Below, one piece after another: positions 41,445-52,828 of a stretch of DNA of 64,000 nt (the stretch's first letter is position 1; each line of letters opens with the position of its first letter). The position numbers were made by a program, and so were the translations under genes. The notes beneath the pieces were generated by a model. The model searched no databases and was not told where the DNA came from. It saw only the letters and a program-made list of their open reading frames with translations. Origin of the DNA: Cyanidioschyzon merolae (lineage: Eukaryota); NCBI GenBank assembly GCA_000091205.1, contig AP006497.2; one strand, written 5' to 3'.

Positions 41445-43619
41445 CTACCGCCAAGCCGACAACGAATCATCGCATGCGCGGAAAATCGTGGTTGACTCGT
41501 TCCAATAACGTAGAAGACGACCAAGCAGTCTCGCTGGTGGCAGATGACTGACCACCAACATGGGTAACTGTTGATGTTGCTGTTGACGCGCGGGCGCATC
41601 CTCCTGGTCGACAGGATCAGAGTGCTGGTCGTAAGGCCGGCATGCTTCGCGCTGACACTCAGTTCGGGGCGGCATCAGCACTCCCGAAGCAAATTCCGCG
41701 TGACACGGAACCATGAGATGTTCTTCACAGCGAATACCCTTGACGAGATTGCCTTCGAACTCCAAACACTCAAGACAGATGGCGAAATTGATGCCACAAG
41801 CTGCTCTGCATACACTACAGAACAGCGTCGAAACACAGATTGCCTCTTGCCACCAGCTGTGCCCTGCGACAAGTCGATCGATTGCCATTCGCGGAAATCG
41901 CCAAACCTGCGCATTGGCTAGGGTATTCGTCACGCTATTCCAAGCCCGCTGTCGCGTGGTCGTCCACGAGCGATGCAGGCGTTCAAGGCGCAACTTTCGT
42001 CGCCAGTGATGCAGCACAGCTGCAGCCTCCAAGCACGCTGCACTGGAACGAATCCAGTACACGAGAAAGCAACTTGCAGGATTGTCTGCTCGGCATTTTA
42101 GAGTCTGCTCTCGCCGAAACAGTTCAATGAGAAGCAGGTTGGCACGAACACAGGGACACAGCGCTTGCCGCAGCAGACTGCGTTCCCGATTGCTCCAAAG
42201 CGCAGCACCCGCCTGATTCAGCGCAGCCAGCATCTGCACAAATCCAAGTAACACGTCATTCACGGTTCCTGTTTTCTGGAGCGCACGTTCCCAGCCGATG
42301 GCTCTGCGGCTGAAAGCAAGCCACTCCAGTGGTGCCCAGTTGACTGCCTCTGCCACATTCCAGCCACAATTGAAACCGCAGTGATAGGCTCGCGGCATGG
42401 TCAGCACGATTTGACCCGGTACTTGCACTGCACGATACACGGGAATGCCGTGCTGAGCCAATGACGCCGGCGATATCAACAGCGACTTGCTCGTTAGAGC
42501 CCAGGGCAGGGTGTGCGGGGTGCGCAGCGCCCCCGAGCACGAAGCGTTGGCCCCGCTCAAGGACGCCGCGCTCCAGCGCTCCATGATCAGGTGCTCGACA
42601 CGATCCGCGAAACTTGCTGGTATCGCGTACCAAACTTTGGGTTCACCGAACCAGAGCATCGATAACGAGCACAGATGCATATCCTCGACGTGTAAACCGA
42701 AACGAGTGAACAACCCCCCCAAATACGCCATAGGTACGTTGATCCCTCCTGCTCGTGGCCAAAAGCGCAACAGGGAGAGAGGTTTCAGGGGTACTGCCTG
42801 CCCCCCGGGCGACGTACCCGCGCCTGTGCATCCCTCGCAACTTGTTGCCTGATGATGGTGGCGATGATAATGCAGGCCCTGCGGTAACCATGGTGGAAGT
42901 TCAGTGTCGCTGACACTACCCGAGAGGCCAACAATATCTATTGCGTACTGGACAGAGCGAGGATGACCTGCAAAGCCGTGCTCCAGCGCTTCCCAGAAAC
43001 AAGCCTCGAGCCATTGCACCCGTTCGGGGATGATACTTTTCTGCCACTTCAGTCTGGTTTCTAGTGGGATGCTCTTCGTTTCTGGCTCGCTCGTTGCGGG
43101 GAGCGAAGCACGCGCGTGCGTCTGCAGCCAATCCACGAGCTGGGCATCGAGTGCTCGCACTTGATCGCGAAACGCTGCTGCACTCATGGAGCGATTGCTC
43201 TCGGGAAAGCAGGGCCAACCAGCGTTAGACCATGTTCGACGGACTCTTTTCTGCGGTGAACGTTGGCTACGCTCGCTGGGTGCGAACTGCGGGAAGCGTT
43301 GCACGCGAGGCTGCACCATGGTCTGATGCAGCGCCTCGGTAAGCTCCATTTCGGAGACGCCGTATTTTTCCAGACAAGCCGGTGGAATCGAAAGCACCAC
43401 GATACCGTGGCTTTCCCATTCGGTGAAAGAACGATGGACATAATTCACAAAGTTTTCGAGGTCCTGCGGTGACGGGCGATAGACCGGTGCGTCTGCAGCA
43501 AACGCCGCGGGGGCTGCTCGTTCGCTATGCGCTCCAGATGCAATAGAATGCTCTTTTTCAGCATAAACACCAGATTGGGCATCGTCTGCTATACTTTGGT
43601 GAACGTTCTGCTGAGGCAT
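41445..43619 (-). CDS. JmjN/JmjC histone lysine demethylase (KDM4/KDM5-like) with a C-terminal Cys-rich zinc-finger region
   Basis: JmjN block PVYRPSPQDLENFVNYV. JmjC core HVEDMHLCSLSMLWFGEPKVWYAIP...LISPASLAQHGIPVYRAVQVPGQIVLTMPRAYHCGFNCGWNVAEAVNWAPLEW is colinear with KDM4A [25 protein letters not shown]...YHAGFNHGFNCAESTNFA. The Fe(II) ligands H-x-E and the distal His are retained. It is followed by a C/H-rich block CSVCRAACGINFAICLEC...C..H. Confidence 0.8.
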   Translation of the reverse strand: MPQQNVHQSIADDAQSGVYAEKEHSIASGAHSERAAPAAFAADAPVYRPSPQDLENFVNYVHRSFTEWESHGIVVLSIPPACLEKYGVSEMELTEALHQTMVQPRVQRFPQFAPSERSQRSPQKRVRRTWSNAGWPCFPESNRSMSAAAFRDQVRALDAQLVDWLQTHARASLPATSEPETKSIPLETRLKWQKSIIPERVQWLEACFWEALEHGFAGHPRSVQYAIDIVGLSGSVSDTELPPWLPQGLHYHRHHHQATSCEGCTGAGTSPGGQAVPLKPLSLLRFWPRAGGINVPMAYLGGLFTRFGLHVEDMHLCSLSMLWFGEPKVWYAIPASFADRVEHLIMERWSAASLSGANASCSGALRTPHTLPWALTSKSLLISPASLAQHGIPVYRAVQVPGQIVLTMPRAYHCGFNCGWNVAEAVNWAPLEWLAFSRRAIGWERALQKTGTVNDVLLGFVQMLAALNQAGAALWSNRERSLLRQALCPCVRANLLLIELFRREQTLKCRADNPASCFLVYWIRSSAACLEAAAVLHHWRRKLRLERLHRSWTTTRQRAWNSVTNTLANAQVWRFPRMAIDRLVAGHSWWQEAICVSTLFCSVCRAACGINFAICLECLEFEGNLVKGIRCEEHLMVPCHAEFASGVLMPPRTECQREACRPYDQHSDPVDQEDAPARQQQHQQLPMLVVSHLPPARLLGRLLRYWNESTTIFRACDDSLSAWR

Positions 43620-44779
43620 GGCGGCTGGTGCTGCTGTCGCTGATACGACTGCAGGAGGCCGTTAGCGAGCAGGCGAGCGCCGGTCTCAGCAGGTCGCTGT
43701 GTTGACGGCAACGCGTTTCTTGCCCCGTTCAAATATGAAAGCCGCTATCCAGCACCTTTCAGGTGCACAAACTCTTCATCAAACTCGCATAAAGTTCAGT
43801 ATACTGGAACTGGAAACTCCGTTGCGGCACGTTGCGTCTGGTACGAACGGCCCAAGGCGTGCAACGCTGCTTCGATTCCGTTGCCATGGGGTGGCGATCG
43901 CTCGCCACGTCGCGCTCTTGTAGGCTCGTATCCAATGAACGTGTCACTCTGAACTGATCGCACTGATCTTGCTTTTCGATTTTGTTTCCGAACCTTTTCC
44001 TAGACGTAAAGCATCGCTATTCGGAGTACGTCAATACGGGCTTATGGATTCATGTGTAGTTATAGGGAGTCATGGTCGTCATTTACGAATGGCTTCTTTG
44101 GATCTCTGCTGCTGGAAATGATGAACACAACAGAATCAAGATGATCCGCAACGTACCCCTACAAGAGTTCGTGAAATACCTGAGATCACTATCAGATTTT
44201 AATGTACAAGCGTCCAGTCTGCTCCTTTCCGTACGGGTATGGCATGTTCAAATCATGCATTTTCCAAGTTCCTCTTTCGTTCTGTTTCAAGGCATCTCTT
44301 GGACGCTGCAATTCGGGTCGCCTTATTGACGAGAAAACATCCACGATATCGTATCTTGACAGCATTCGCACCTGCTTACGCCGAAATGTGAGTCAACTTC
44401 TGACGCTAAATAATCGATCCGGCTCGAAGGATAAATCTGGGTACCTTCGTGGTCATCGATGAAATGGCCTCCAACAGCACTTGGGTATCTCTCAAGGCAG
44501 ATGCTGCCCGGTGCTTCCATCTCTTCTGTTTGCCTGGAAATGCGCGTCGGGCCCGGACATGAGTCATCGGAGCGAGCGCGTCGAGTGCAGCGTACGTCAC
44601 TGCCTTGCACAAAGGGAACCTAGAAGCATCGACATTGCTCGACGTGCTCCCCGGCCTGGATATTCCTTCCCGTGCTGTGTTTCATCACGGGCAACGCCAT
44701 GCCCTGCACATCCTCTACCGAACCGTGTTGCGTGCGCTCGCAAGTGCAGCCGACCGAGTACTTGCCGAACGTAGCGATT

Positions 44780-45320
44780 AGAGGAGGCCGCAGAACGCGG
44801 GGTGCGGCACCAGACGCCGATGCAGAAAGCGCGCCCAACCTATCGTCAGGCACCCGTCGAGGGAATGTAACGTGCGGTAAAGTAAGCGTTTGTGGGCCAC
44901 ATGGCGGAACTCGGAGGAGGACCTTTTATGGACAGATGGGAACACCTGATCACAGTCAACTGCCACCACTGCCAAGGGTTCACCGAGCATGCATACAAAG
45001 GAGATGAAAAAAAACAAGCGAAATATAGATCGCAACTTCCGCCTCTGCATGAAATGCGTTGAAAACAGATCGAAGCTACGAAAACGGAGCTTGAACGCTG
45101 ACATCAGCATCCTGCAACTGCTTATCACGAAGCGGGACGGAGACGAGCGACCAGCATATTTAAAGCCGGTGATCCGAGAGAATAAAACGAAGCAGTCATG
45201 GCAAAAGTTCGCACGAAGCTGATGATGACGACACACAGAGGAGACCCGGAACTTTAGTATGCATACACGAGTTACTGAACCCGTTCCATTTCTTATTCTG
45301 ACATGGATGCAGGCTAGCAA
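44780..45320. repeat. Diverged partial third copy of IR element R1, corresponding to the outer part of the arms
   Basis: Translations from both strands (44778..45320 minus, ...ITGFKYAGRSS...MSAFKLRFRS...THFMQRRKLRS; 44989..45222 plus, LCMKCVENRS...LNADI...DERPAYLKPVIRENK) parallel the arm ORFs (ISSFKYTGRSS...MAAFKTRSRW...THFMPRQRSRS and LGMKCVNNSC...LNAAI...DERPVYLKLEIRWRESK) at about 50% aa identity in both frames. That pattern means DNA-level homology and not coding conservation. Confidence 0.5.
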
Positions 45321-46270
45321 TATGGGAGCTACGATTCGGATTGTCCAAAGCTGGTCTGCGACGACGAGCCTGAAACAAGATATTCGGACGACAACGCCAT
45401 AGGATCAAGATGTGTCAGGCGAGGATGTGGCGACGCGTCATCGATAAAATACGCTTCGTCTATTCGCGCTAGACCCACGGTTCTTTAAAAGGAGTAGCGC
45501 ATATAGCTGCTTGAAAATCTTACCTAGCCTGAACTCATTCATTTGCTTTACAATATGTAACCGCTGGACCTGATATCCCTGATTCCCTAGCTATCGTGCT
45601 TCGAATGTTGCGAGCAGCTCAGCCGGCCGCTGCTCTCGTAAAAAACAGAGCAGAGCAACTGGACAAGAGCATCCTCCACCGACTGTTTACTGGTCGCTAG
45701 CTAGTGCACAGGTTGGTTTCGGCGAGTTGACGCTAGCAAGCCCGGAACGCTGCCGGCGTTGACAACTACCACGCTTGGCACTTTGACCTTAAAGAGAAGC
45801 TCCAGCCTCGCGCCCCCAGCTCCAAACCCGTTCGCTGCGCTACGCTCTGTAACCGACAAACTGGACTGCTTTAGCTGACTCGGCCGTATTCACCGTGATT
45901 TCAGGATCAGCTCTGTGTTCATCTGCTCTCTCTGCCGGCAGAAAGCCTGACTGGTATCCTCGCGCTAGACATGGGTTCAGGGCGCAGCGCACGACCATGA
46001 CCTTAGAAGCGCTTCAACGATCAGCGCAGCTATCGCGGAACACCATTTTCTGACCAGGTTTTCTGGCGTGTGTTTTCGAGCCAGCTAGACATAAGGCCAA
46101 GTCTCGACAGCCACGCACCGACTCTAACGAAAGAAGTACCACCAAGGCAAGTTCATCGCGAAAGGTTCGCTAAAGACCTGCAAGGAAAACTCACACACGT
46201 AGGCGTGTCGCTGTTGCGGTACGCTGTGAGCTAGCAGCTCGCGCAGCGAGCTACGCATATCTTCAGGCTC

Positions 46271-46657
46271 TTGATGGCAAAGAATGTGAATGATCAAACA
46301 GAGCTCCGGATCGGACACGAGGGGAACCAACAGATAGAGGCCCTGCTCAAAGAGCGGAACGAACTCTCCGAGGCACTCGCACAGACACAGGCCCAGCTTG
46401 CTGCAGCGCTCATGCGGGTCGAGGCCGCAACTCGTGTGATAGAACGCCTCCTTCGTGAACGCCAACCACTGCCTCAGGAAGAGTCGAGCCCATCACCGTC
46501 ACCTACTTTATCGAAAGAATCCGTGGGTGCGGCAGAGCCCGCGTCATCGACGACGAGTCGCGCAGGGTCCAACACCCGTGGCCGTCGTACCCGGAGCTGT
46601 GTGCGCCGCGGAGGTTCCTTCCAGGACCTACCGGAGCGCTCCGCTAAAAAGCGATGA
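46271..46657 (+). CDS. Hypothetical coiled-coil protein, possibly the first segment of a larger frameshifted or spliced gene continuing to about 47140
   Basis: ORF MMAKNVNDQTELRIGHEGNQQIEALLKERNELSEALAQTQAQLAAALMRVEAATRVIERLLRERQ has a heptad-like character. Adjacent ORFs 46455..46901 and 46856..47140 in other frames have protein-like composition. I recognised no homolog. Confidence 0.25.
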   Translation: MMAKNVNDQTELRIGHEGNQQIEALLKERNELSEALAQTQAQLAAALMRVEAATRVIERLLRERQPLPQEESSPSPSPTLSKESVGAAEPASSTTSRAGSNTRGRRTRSCVRRGGSFQDLPERSAKKR

Positions 46658-48469
46658 CTCTCCGAGGCCTCCAATGATTTTCCGCCACATATGGATGCAA
46701 CACCATTCGCTTGAAGCGCTTCTTATGAGAGATTACGCGGATAGCTTGGTGGCGCTTTTCTTCACCAGCGGTTTCCCGCGCAATGACTTTGAGCCACAGA
46801 CATCGAAATCTCCGGAAGCAGGAAGCAATGCAGAAATGCAGGTCCATCGTCCTATATGGATGGATTATATCGGCTTGCTTCCAATGATGGAGCACGATTG
46901 ACGAATGCACGGATATGGATGGCAGCGCTTGAGCCGTCCCATTGTGATCCAGATCATTACCCGGAAAGATGCGCGCTGCTTTCACTGTTAATGTCGAAGC
47001 AGCGCGCTGTTTGGCACGTGGCTGCTTTCATTTTCCAAGAAGATATTCGTGGCTTGCGCTTTCGTTTTTCGAAAAACGTGCAATCCCGAAATCCGCACAT
47101 GGATAAGGACCTCGAGCAGGCAATGCTGAGCGTATGCTGAAGCCATCCTCTCTTCATATGGCGACTGCAAAAGGTACGGTATTCGGCAGGTAACCAGATC
47201 GATCGAGTGCCTTGGATGAAGCGCAGCAATCCGCTGGGACACCTAGTCCAGTTTGCGCAACGCTGCAGTGATGTAGAGACTGTACATATGCAGAGATCGG
47301 GTTCTCAGTGAACAGCAACCGAGCAGTATTCACTGGCATCTCGAGCTCGTATGCAGAGCCCAGGGTCGTGTTTTGCGGGCAGCGCTTCAACCGAGCGCAT
47401 GGAACGCTGCGGTGCGAGTGCTGCGACATGAATATGGTCATGGAGCAGGCGAGCTCTTCACCAGACTACGGGCATTTTTTTCCGCAAAAGGGTACATTCT
47501 GGTGGATGCTGCGGCACCATGTCACGGAAATTCGAACAGCTTTTCAGAGAGATAGGCATTCATCGTAAACGTCATTGCGCGGACTAAGTGGCGGGCGTTG
47601 TCCAGATACGTGACGAAACGCAAGGCGAGTGGGAGCTATTAATGGCAGGCAGGGCTCGAATCTCACCTTCGTGACTGAATATGGAGTCGCTGAGCGGACG
47701 TTTTGCGACGAGTTTACATGATCGCCCTTAGACGACGATGAATCAGAGATCGCCAGGTACAAGCGTTCCACCAAAGACGAAAATATCTGTGATGACGCTG
47801 CCGGATGCGCAGTGCTCTCACAAGGCCATGTGCAAGCGCTCCATAAAACAGACCCAAATCGCTGATGATCCGGTTGCATCGTCAGCGCTTCCAACAGGTA
47901 GCGTGGTCTCCGAATCAAGCCCCGATTCACCAAGATACGATGCCGAACAACAACACGTCGCTCCAGTGCCGATGCTTCAGTGGTGCTAGAGCCAACAACA
48001 AAGTCCTCAACCAATAACGCACGGGCACTTTTGCTAGTTTGTCACTTTGGGGCTAAAAGAAAAACTTGCCAGTGAAGGACTGCTTTGTCACGTGCTGTGT
48101 TCGCGTGAACAGGTTCCGGCCTTTTGGTGGAGGTCACACCACCTCCACCTGAGACGTCTACGATGCCCGTGGGTTCAGGAGATCACGACTCCGACCAAAA
48201 AAAACAGGCCGATTCAGGTCCTTCGACCCAGGACCAGCGGCCCGTCTGGCGGCGACAGCTTCACAGTTTTACGTGCGTAGCGGCAAACCGTACGCACCGG
48301 AGCCAGTCTGCGCGTTCGTGCGCCGGACGAATGGGCAACGGGTCAGACTCAGCATGACTCCAGGATAAACGGCATGAAGGTATTTCGGACATGATCTGCG
48401 TACCGAATCCGTCCCATTTCGAACCGGAGGAAGTATATACGCCCTCCAGGCGCGATGTCGTGGCACCAA

Positions 48470-49411
48470 TCACGCTGTGAACCAAGCACTCGTTGCTGAT
48501 GGCTTCTTCTCGCCAAGCTGTGCCACAAGTTGCTCGCGCAGAATGGGATACATAGCAACTGCAGCCTGTTGCGCACAGCAAAATGCCTTTGAGAAGCTCT
48601 CCGGAGCACGAATATCGTCGACTGTGCTGTCATCCCGACGTCGTTGGCTCGTGGCACCACGCCACTGCAGATCTGCAGTTAGGCCCAGATTCGGCAACAG
48701 AGCAACCCATAGACGCCCTTCGTGGGCGCTGGCTTCCTCTTCCGATGTTGGAAAAGCGATGCAGGTCTGCTCTGTGCCTGCATACCCCGGTGTCGCGTTA
48801 ACGGCGACAGAGACGCCGACAAGTGCATCAACGAGCGCGACCCCGGCATCTAGACAAGCGGCCCAGGCCGCGGTTGTTGCAAGCGCAAGTTCACTGCCAC
48901 CCTCCTCCAGAACCCAGATATATACCCAGAACTGTAGTCGTGGGTATTCAGTGCGAGCGATGACACACTCGAGGGAGCGCGTTAGCGCCGCTGCGAACCT
49001 TCGCTCCGTTTCGCTGAGCGTAGCGCGTCCGCGCGAGGGTGCCCAGCGCTGCTCGTCCGATTCTCCACCGGCAAACTGGAGTCCAGTGGATATCGTATCT
49101 GATTCTAGCGTCTGTATTGATAACGGGCGGCTTGAGAGCCCCTGGCGGTACTCCACGACCACGGTTGCCAGCTCAGTGTCGGTGTCGGTGCTCCCCTGGG
49201 GCGGCCGCGGTCCGAATACCGCAGCCACGACTTTTGTCTTCCCTAACTGGCAAACAGCGCTGCCCTCGGGCCTGGAAAGAACGCCCAACTGGCAGCGGAA
49301 CGACTTCATCGCATACTTACGTACTTGGCACGCGTCCTTGAAGGCACGGCGAAGGCCTGGAGCGCTATGTACTTGGGCGGCGGTTGGTACAACCACGAGC
49401 ATTTTTTTCAT
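48470..49411 (-). CDS. Exosome complex RNase PH-like subunit (Rrp41/Rrp46/Mtr3 family)
   Basis: FRCQLGVLSRPEGSAVCQLGKTKVVAAVFGPR matches the RNase PH N-terminal motif (DGRxxxElR...dGSa.ve.GnTkvl.av.GP). ...VLEEGGSELALATTAAWAACLDAGVALVDALVGVSVAV matches Rrp41 [38 protein letters not shown]. Confidence 0.65.
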   Translation of the reverse strand: MKKMLVVVPTAAQVHSAPGLRRAFKDACQVRKYAMKSFRCQLGVLSRPEGSAVCQLGKTKVVAAVFGPRPPQGSTDTDTELATVVVEYRQGLSSRPLSIQTLESDTISTGLQFAGGESDEQRWAPSRGRATLSETERRFAAALTRSLECVIARTEYPRLQFWVYIWVLEEGGSELALATTAAWAACLDAGVALVDALVGVSVAVNATPGYAGTEQTCIAFPTSEEEASAHEGRLWVALLPNLGLTADLQWRGATSQRRRDDSTVDDIRAPESFSKAFCCAQQAAVAMYPILREQLVAQLGEKKPSATSAWFTA

Positions 49412-49736
49412 TTTTTCTCGATTTCACGAGATGTTGACATAGGCCAGCGTTCCTCGACGGTGCGCCTGATATCAGCGCGCGGTAAAGCATCCATTGATCC
49501 AACTACTTCCAGGTTCAATATTCTATACTTCATCTCGGATATACTAGTCGTCTCATACGTACTATCGTGTGCCGCGTGCCTGGCGTAATCGTCCGCGATA
49601 TAGCGCCCGTACCGTCGGTGCGGATGCAGCACGGAGACAGAACGACTCTGGCGCGCCCCAGAGTGCGTCAGCTCGAGCGCGTAAACTGATACCCACTCAC
49701 TGGCGCTTCTCCGGTTTTGTTGACCCGCAGACTGCA

Positions 49737-49852
49737 GTCGGTTTCAGTTTGTCCTGGCAAACTTCGAGACTGGAAGGCTGCCCCACGAAGATGGCTAGCA
49801 TCAGCTCCGCAGGTCTTTTCTTCAGCACTGCACATCGCCTGATATTGATGGC
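49737..49852 (+). repeat. Short dispersed element R2, copy 1, about 300 bp upstream of the exosome-subunit start codon
   Basis: A 116-bp gap-free alignment to 61719..61834 at about 75% identity overall and about 85% over the last 52 bp. The shared core is tcagctc[ct]gcaggt...cctgatattgatgg. Confidence 0.5.
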
Positions 49853-52093
49853 GGTATTAAAGCCCCGGCTAGAGAATTCCATGTGTTGATTGTCGCTGGT
49901 GGAACTCATGAATGCGAGAATTGCGAGAACTCGTGCCCGCTGTGCCGTTTTCTGCTCTGTAAGCGCCACCTGCTTTTCTATCGTTGAGGCACTCCGCTGG
50001 CTTTTCTCCATCTCGAATTTCTGAAGTGTGCGCCCCAGCTCATCCCTCGGATTTTAGGTTTCTTTGAAAGCAATGAAATTGTTTATGGCCTTAGGTGAGG
50101 ACCGTCCCCGAGGGAGAGCGACTGGAAGAAGAAAGACGACACGTGTCCAGGTGTCACCGTGTGCTGAACACTTCAGCGAATCACTCTGTGTAGCGATCAT
50201 TATATTTCACGATAGAAATCACTCCGCTTTATTGGGTTGAATCACGCAGAGCATGTGAGAATGAAAAGCAGATCTACCCCGGAAAGAATCAGCAAAAGCC
50301 CAAACGCACGGGGGATGGTGAAACGCCACGTTGTCCAGTAGAAGGACGTCGTTAGACATCGAGGAATAGTCTTCAATGATTGGACAAAGTGCGTGCCGTC
50401 GTTTGAGCCTTCTCCACGAGCGAAACCGAGGCCACGAAATGAATCCATTGCCGCTCGAACAGAGGATGTCGTCGTTCTATTCGAGTTCGATCGTACATAC
50501 AACATGCTTCCTCGCCGCGAATCCCCATGTACGCTCCGACACTTTCGTCCGAAGCAAGTCCCATTGACTGAAACAAAATACCAACATCGCTGTGCGTCAT
50601 AACGATCGCGACATTCCAGGAACGCTGTCGTTGCGACCTCGGTGAAAGATGGCTGTGAATGAACGAGGACTCTTTTTTTGCGACTGTTTCCGAGTGATTT
50701 CAGGACCATACGAATAAGGTGCACCGGAACGGAAATGGCCTTGGATGCGACGATTGTCGCATTTGCTCTCCGTTACCTGTTCAAAGGATCGTTTCCCGCC
50801 ATTGACATCAAGCGCGCTTTGAGAGTGTCGGTTTGTTTTTCGCGGAACGCATATCTTTCTTTCTTTCAGTGTTCCTAAACCACATGAGTACGGTCGTATG
50901 AATAACCGAAGAGGAATGCAGTCCTCCTTACATTCTTCAGTAAAGAATATATCCTAAAGGCAAATCGTGAGCAATCTATACGGCACATTGCATCGTGAGT
51001 AAACCGAATTCAGTTGTAAGGCTATACCGCATTTGGATTATACACCTCGTTCGATTCACGGATCATCATGTACCACTGCAACGGGCGGCGGTTTTCTCAC
51101 CGCCACGAGAAAATGGTATCCGTGCCAAAAGACAGTCCAAAAGGATGCTTCCTTCAGATACTCGGCGCGCCTTTGTTCTACAGAGTTGTCCATGTCGCGT
51201 ACTATTCCGCCTCTGTGCCGAGTCCCGCGGCCATTTTCTTGAAGAGGGATTCTGGAATAGCGCCTGGCTCTCGCACCGATGCATCGCAGCGCTGGAACAA
51301 TGCCATCGGTGACGCTGTTGGACGCAGAGGTGCCCCGAGTATGCACACTGCTGCTCATATTTCTTGAGTCTGTCAGCTGTTTTAGGTGCTTCACATGTAA
51401 TCTAAATGCACATCGATTGATGCGCACGCAGATGCCAGAGACACGGAAATTCGATGTTTATTCCGCGTGCGATTATGGAGCCTGTCCAGAGATCTACTGG
51501 ATGCACGGGCGTTACTGGTCGGAAAATTGATGGACCCTGCTTGCGTCTGGGACACGGCCCGCAACACACTTTTCTCTGGTGTGGAACGCCCACATTTGCA
51601 TGTGAGTTGTCCTTTCAGGTCCAGCGTGCGTAGCGCTCGACGCCTGGTTCATTTCATGTACAGGGGCGTCTCTGGTGGCCGCTACAGACTCCAGTGACTG
51701 CGTTAGGATGCCTCCCGGCCGCGATACGCAACCTGTTTACATCGGCGCCAGCGTCTCCAGATGAACGACATGCCGGATGCTCGGCAATCGATTCGAGTAG
51801 CGAGGTGCTTGCACGCTCTGCACGGCAACGCTCGACACTGAAGCAAGCGGTTTGCGTAGAAGTTTCCGTGCGCGCACCAGTCTCAGATAAGTGTATCCGT
51901 GGCGGCTGCTACAGTTGCTGAAGCATCGCGCACAGGAATGATGTCTCTTTGTCATGTACGACTGGAAGCGATGACTCTCAAATAACGCTCCTCTGGGACG
52001 CGGCGAACCGACAGAAACCAAGACACTTGTGTATCGCTACCAAATCGGCATCTGTTCCCACCTGGTGCGATTGTATTCTCAGGGCATCAATGA

Positions 52094-52114
52094 CACCACA
52101 CACACACACACACG
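52094..52114. repeat. (CA)n dinucleotide microsatellite
   Basis: caccacacacacacacacacacg read directly. Confidence 0.85.
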
Positions 52115-52828
52115 AGACCAGCTCGGATGATATGGAGCCTCAGGCGGGCGCAGGTGCACCCATGATGCTGGAGAGGTCTCAGCGTCTGCTGTACGACTGC
52201 CAGCTACAGCATGCGTCCCGCAAAGGCATGACACATTCTAGACGGCGTCTGCGTCCCGAAATCGTGATCGAGTCACGCGCCCAGCTTTGCCAGCGCAGAG
52301 ACCTAGTGGTCGACGTCGCTCGCGGACTGCGCGCCATCCAGCGCAGTGCACGCTCCATTTGATCCTTACATGCGTACACGGCACGTACCGTAGATCCTGC
52401 AACGCCTCGCATGCCCCATGAAATGCTTATCATAGCAGTGAGAAGCCAGCACGTGTATCGAAATCGCTGCCTGTACCGCGATACATGCGACGGATAACGC
52501 CATAAAGCGCCGCAACAGACCTTGCAGATCCAAGGTCTACGCGAACATCGCAAAGTATCCCCTCTATACATGGCGTCCAAAGGAGAAAATGAAGCGTGCC
52601 CTTATGACCCGTAGAGCCGATGCCCTGCGTGTCGGGATTCACCACACCATCCGTGGAGGAACGGCAGGCGCATCCCTGGTCACCAGCTGTTCGAGCGCAG
52701 CACGCACGTATCGATGGGATTCCTCACCGATCCGCGACACACAAACATCCGTGCCGCGCACGCTGTGATCTGGCGAACATCGCCCTCGAGATACGCAAGG
52801 CGCATGCGCGCTGCGTGTTAACGCTGTA

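Noticed and set aside
49737-49852. R2 element as a U2/U5/U6 snRNA or other known ncRNA
   Set aside because: Comparison from memory with snRNA conserved boxes (U2 branch-site region, U6 ACAGAGA, U5 loop) showed no match. I kept it as an unclassified conserved element.
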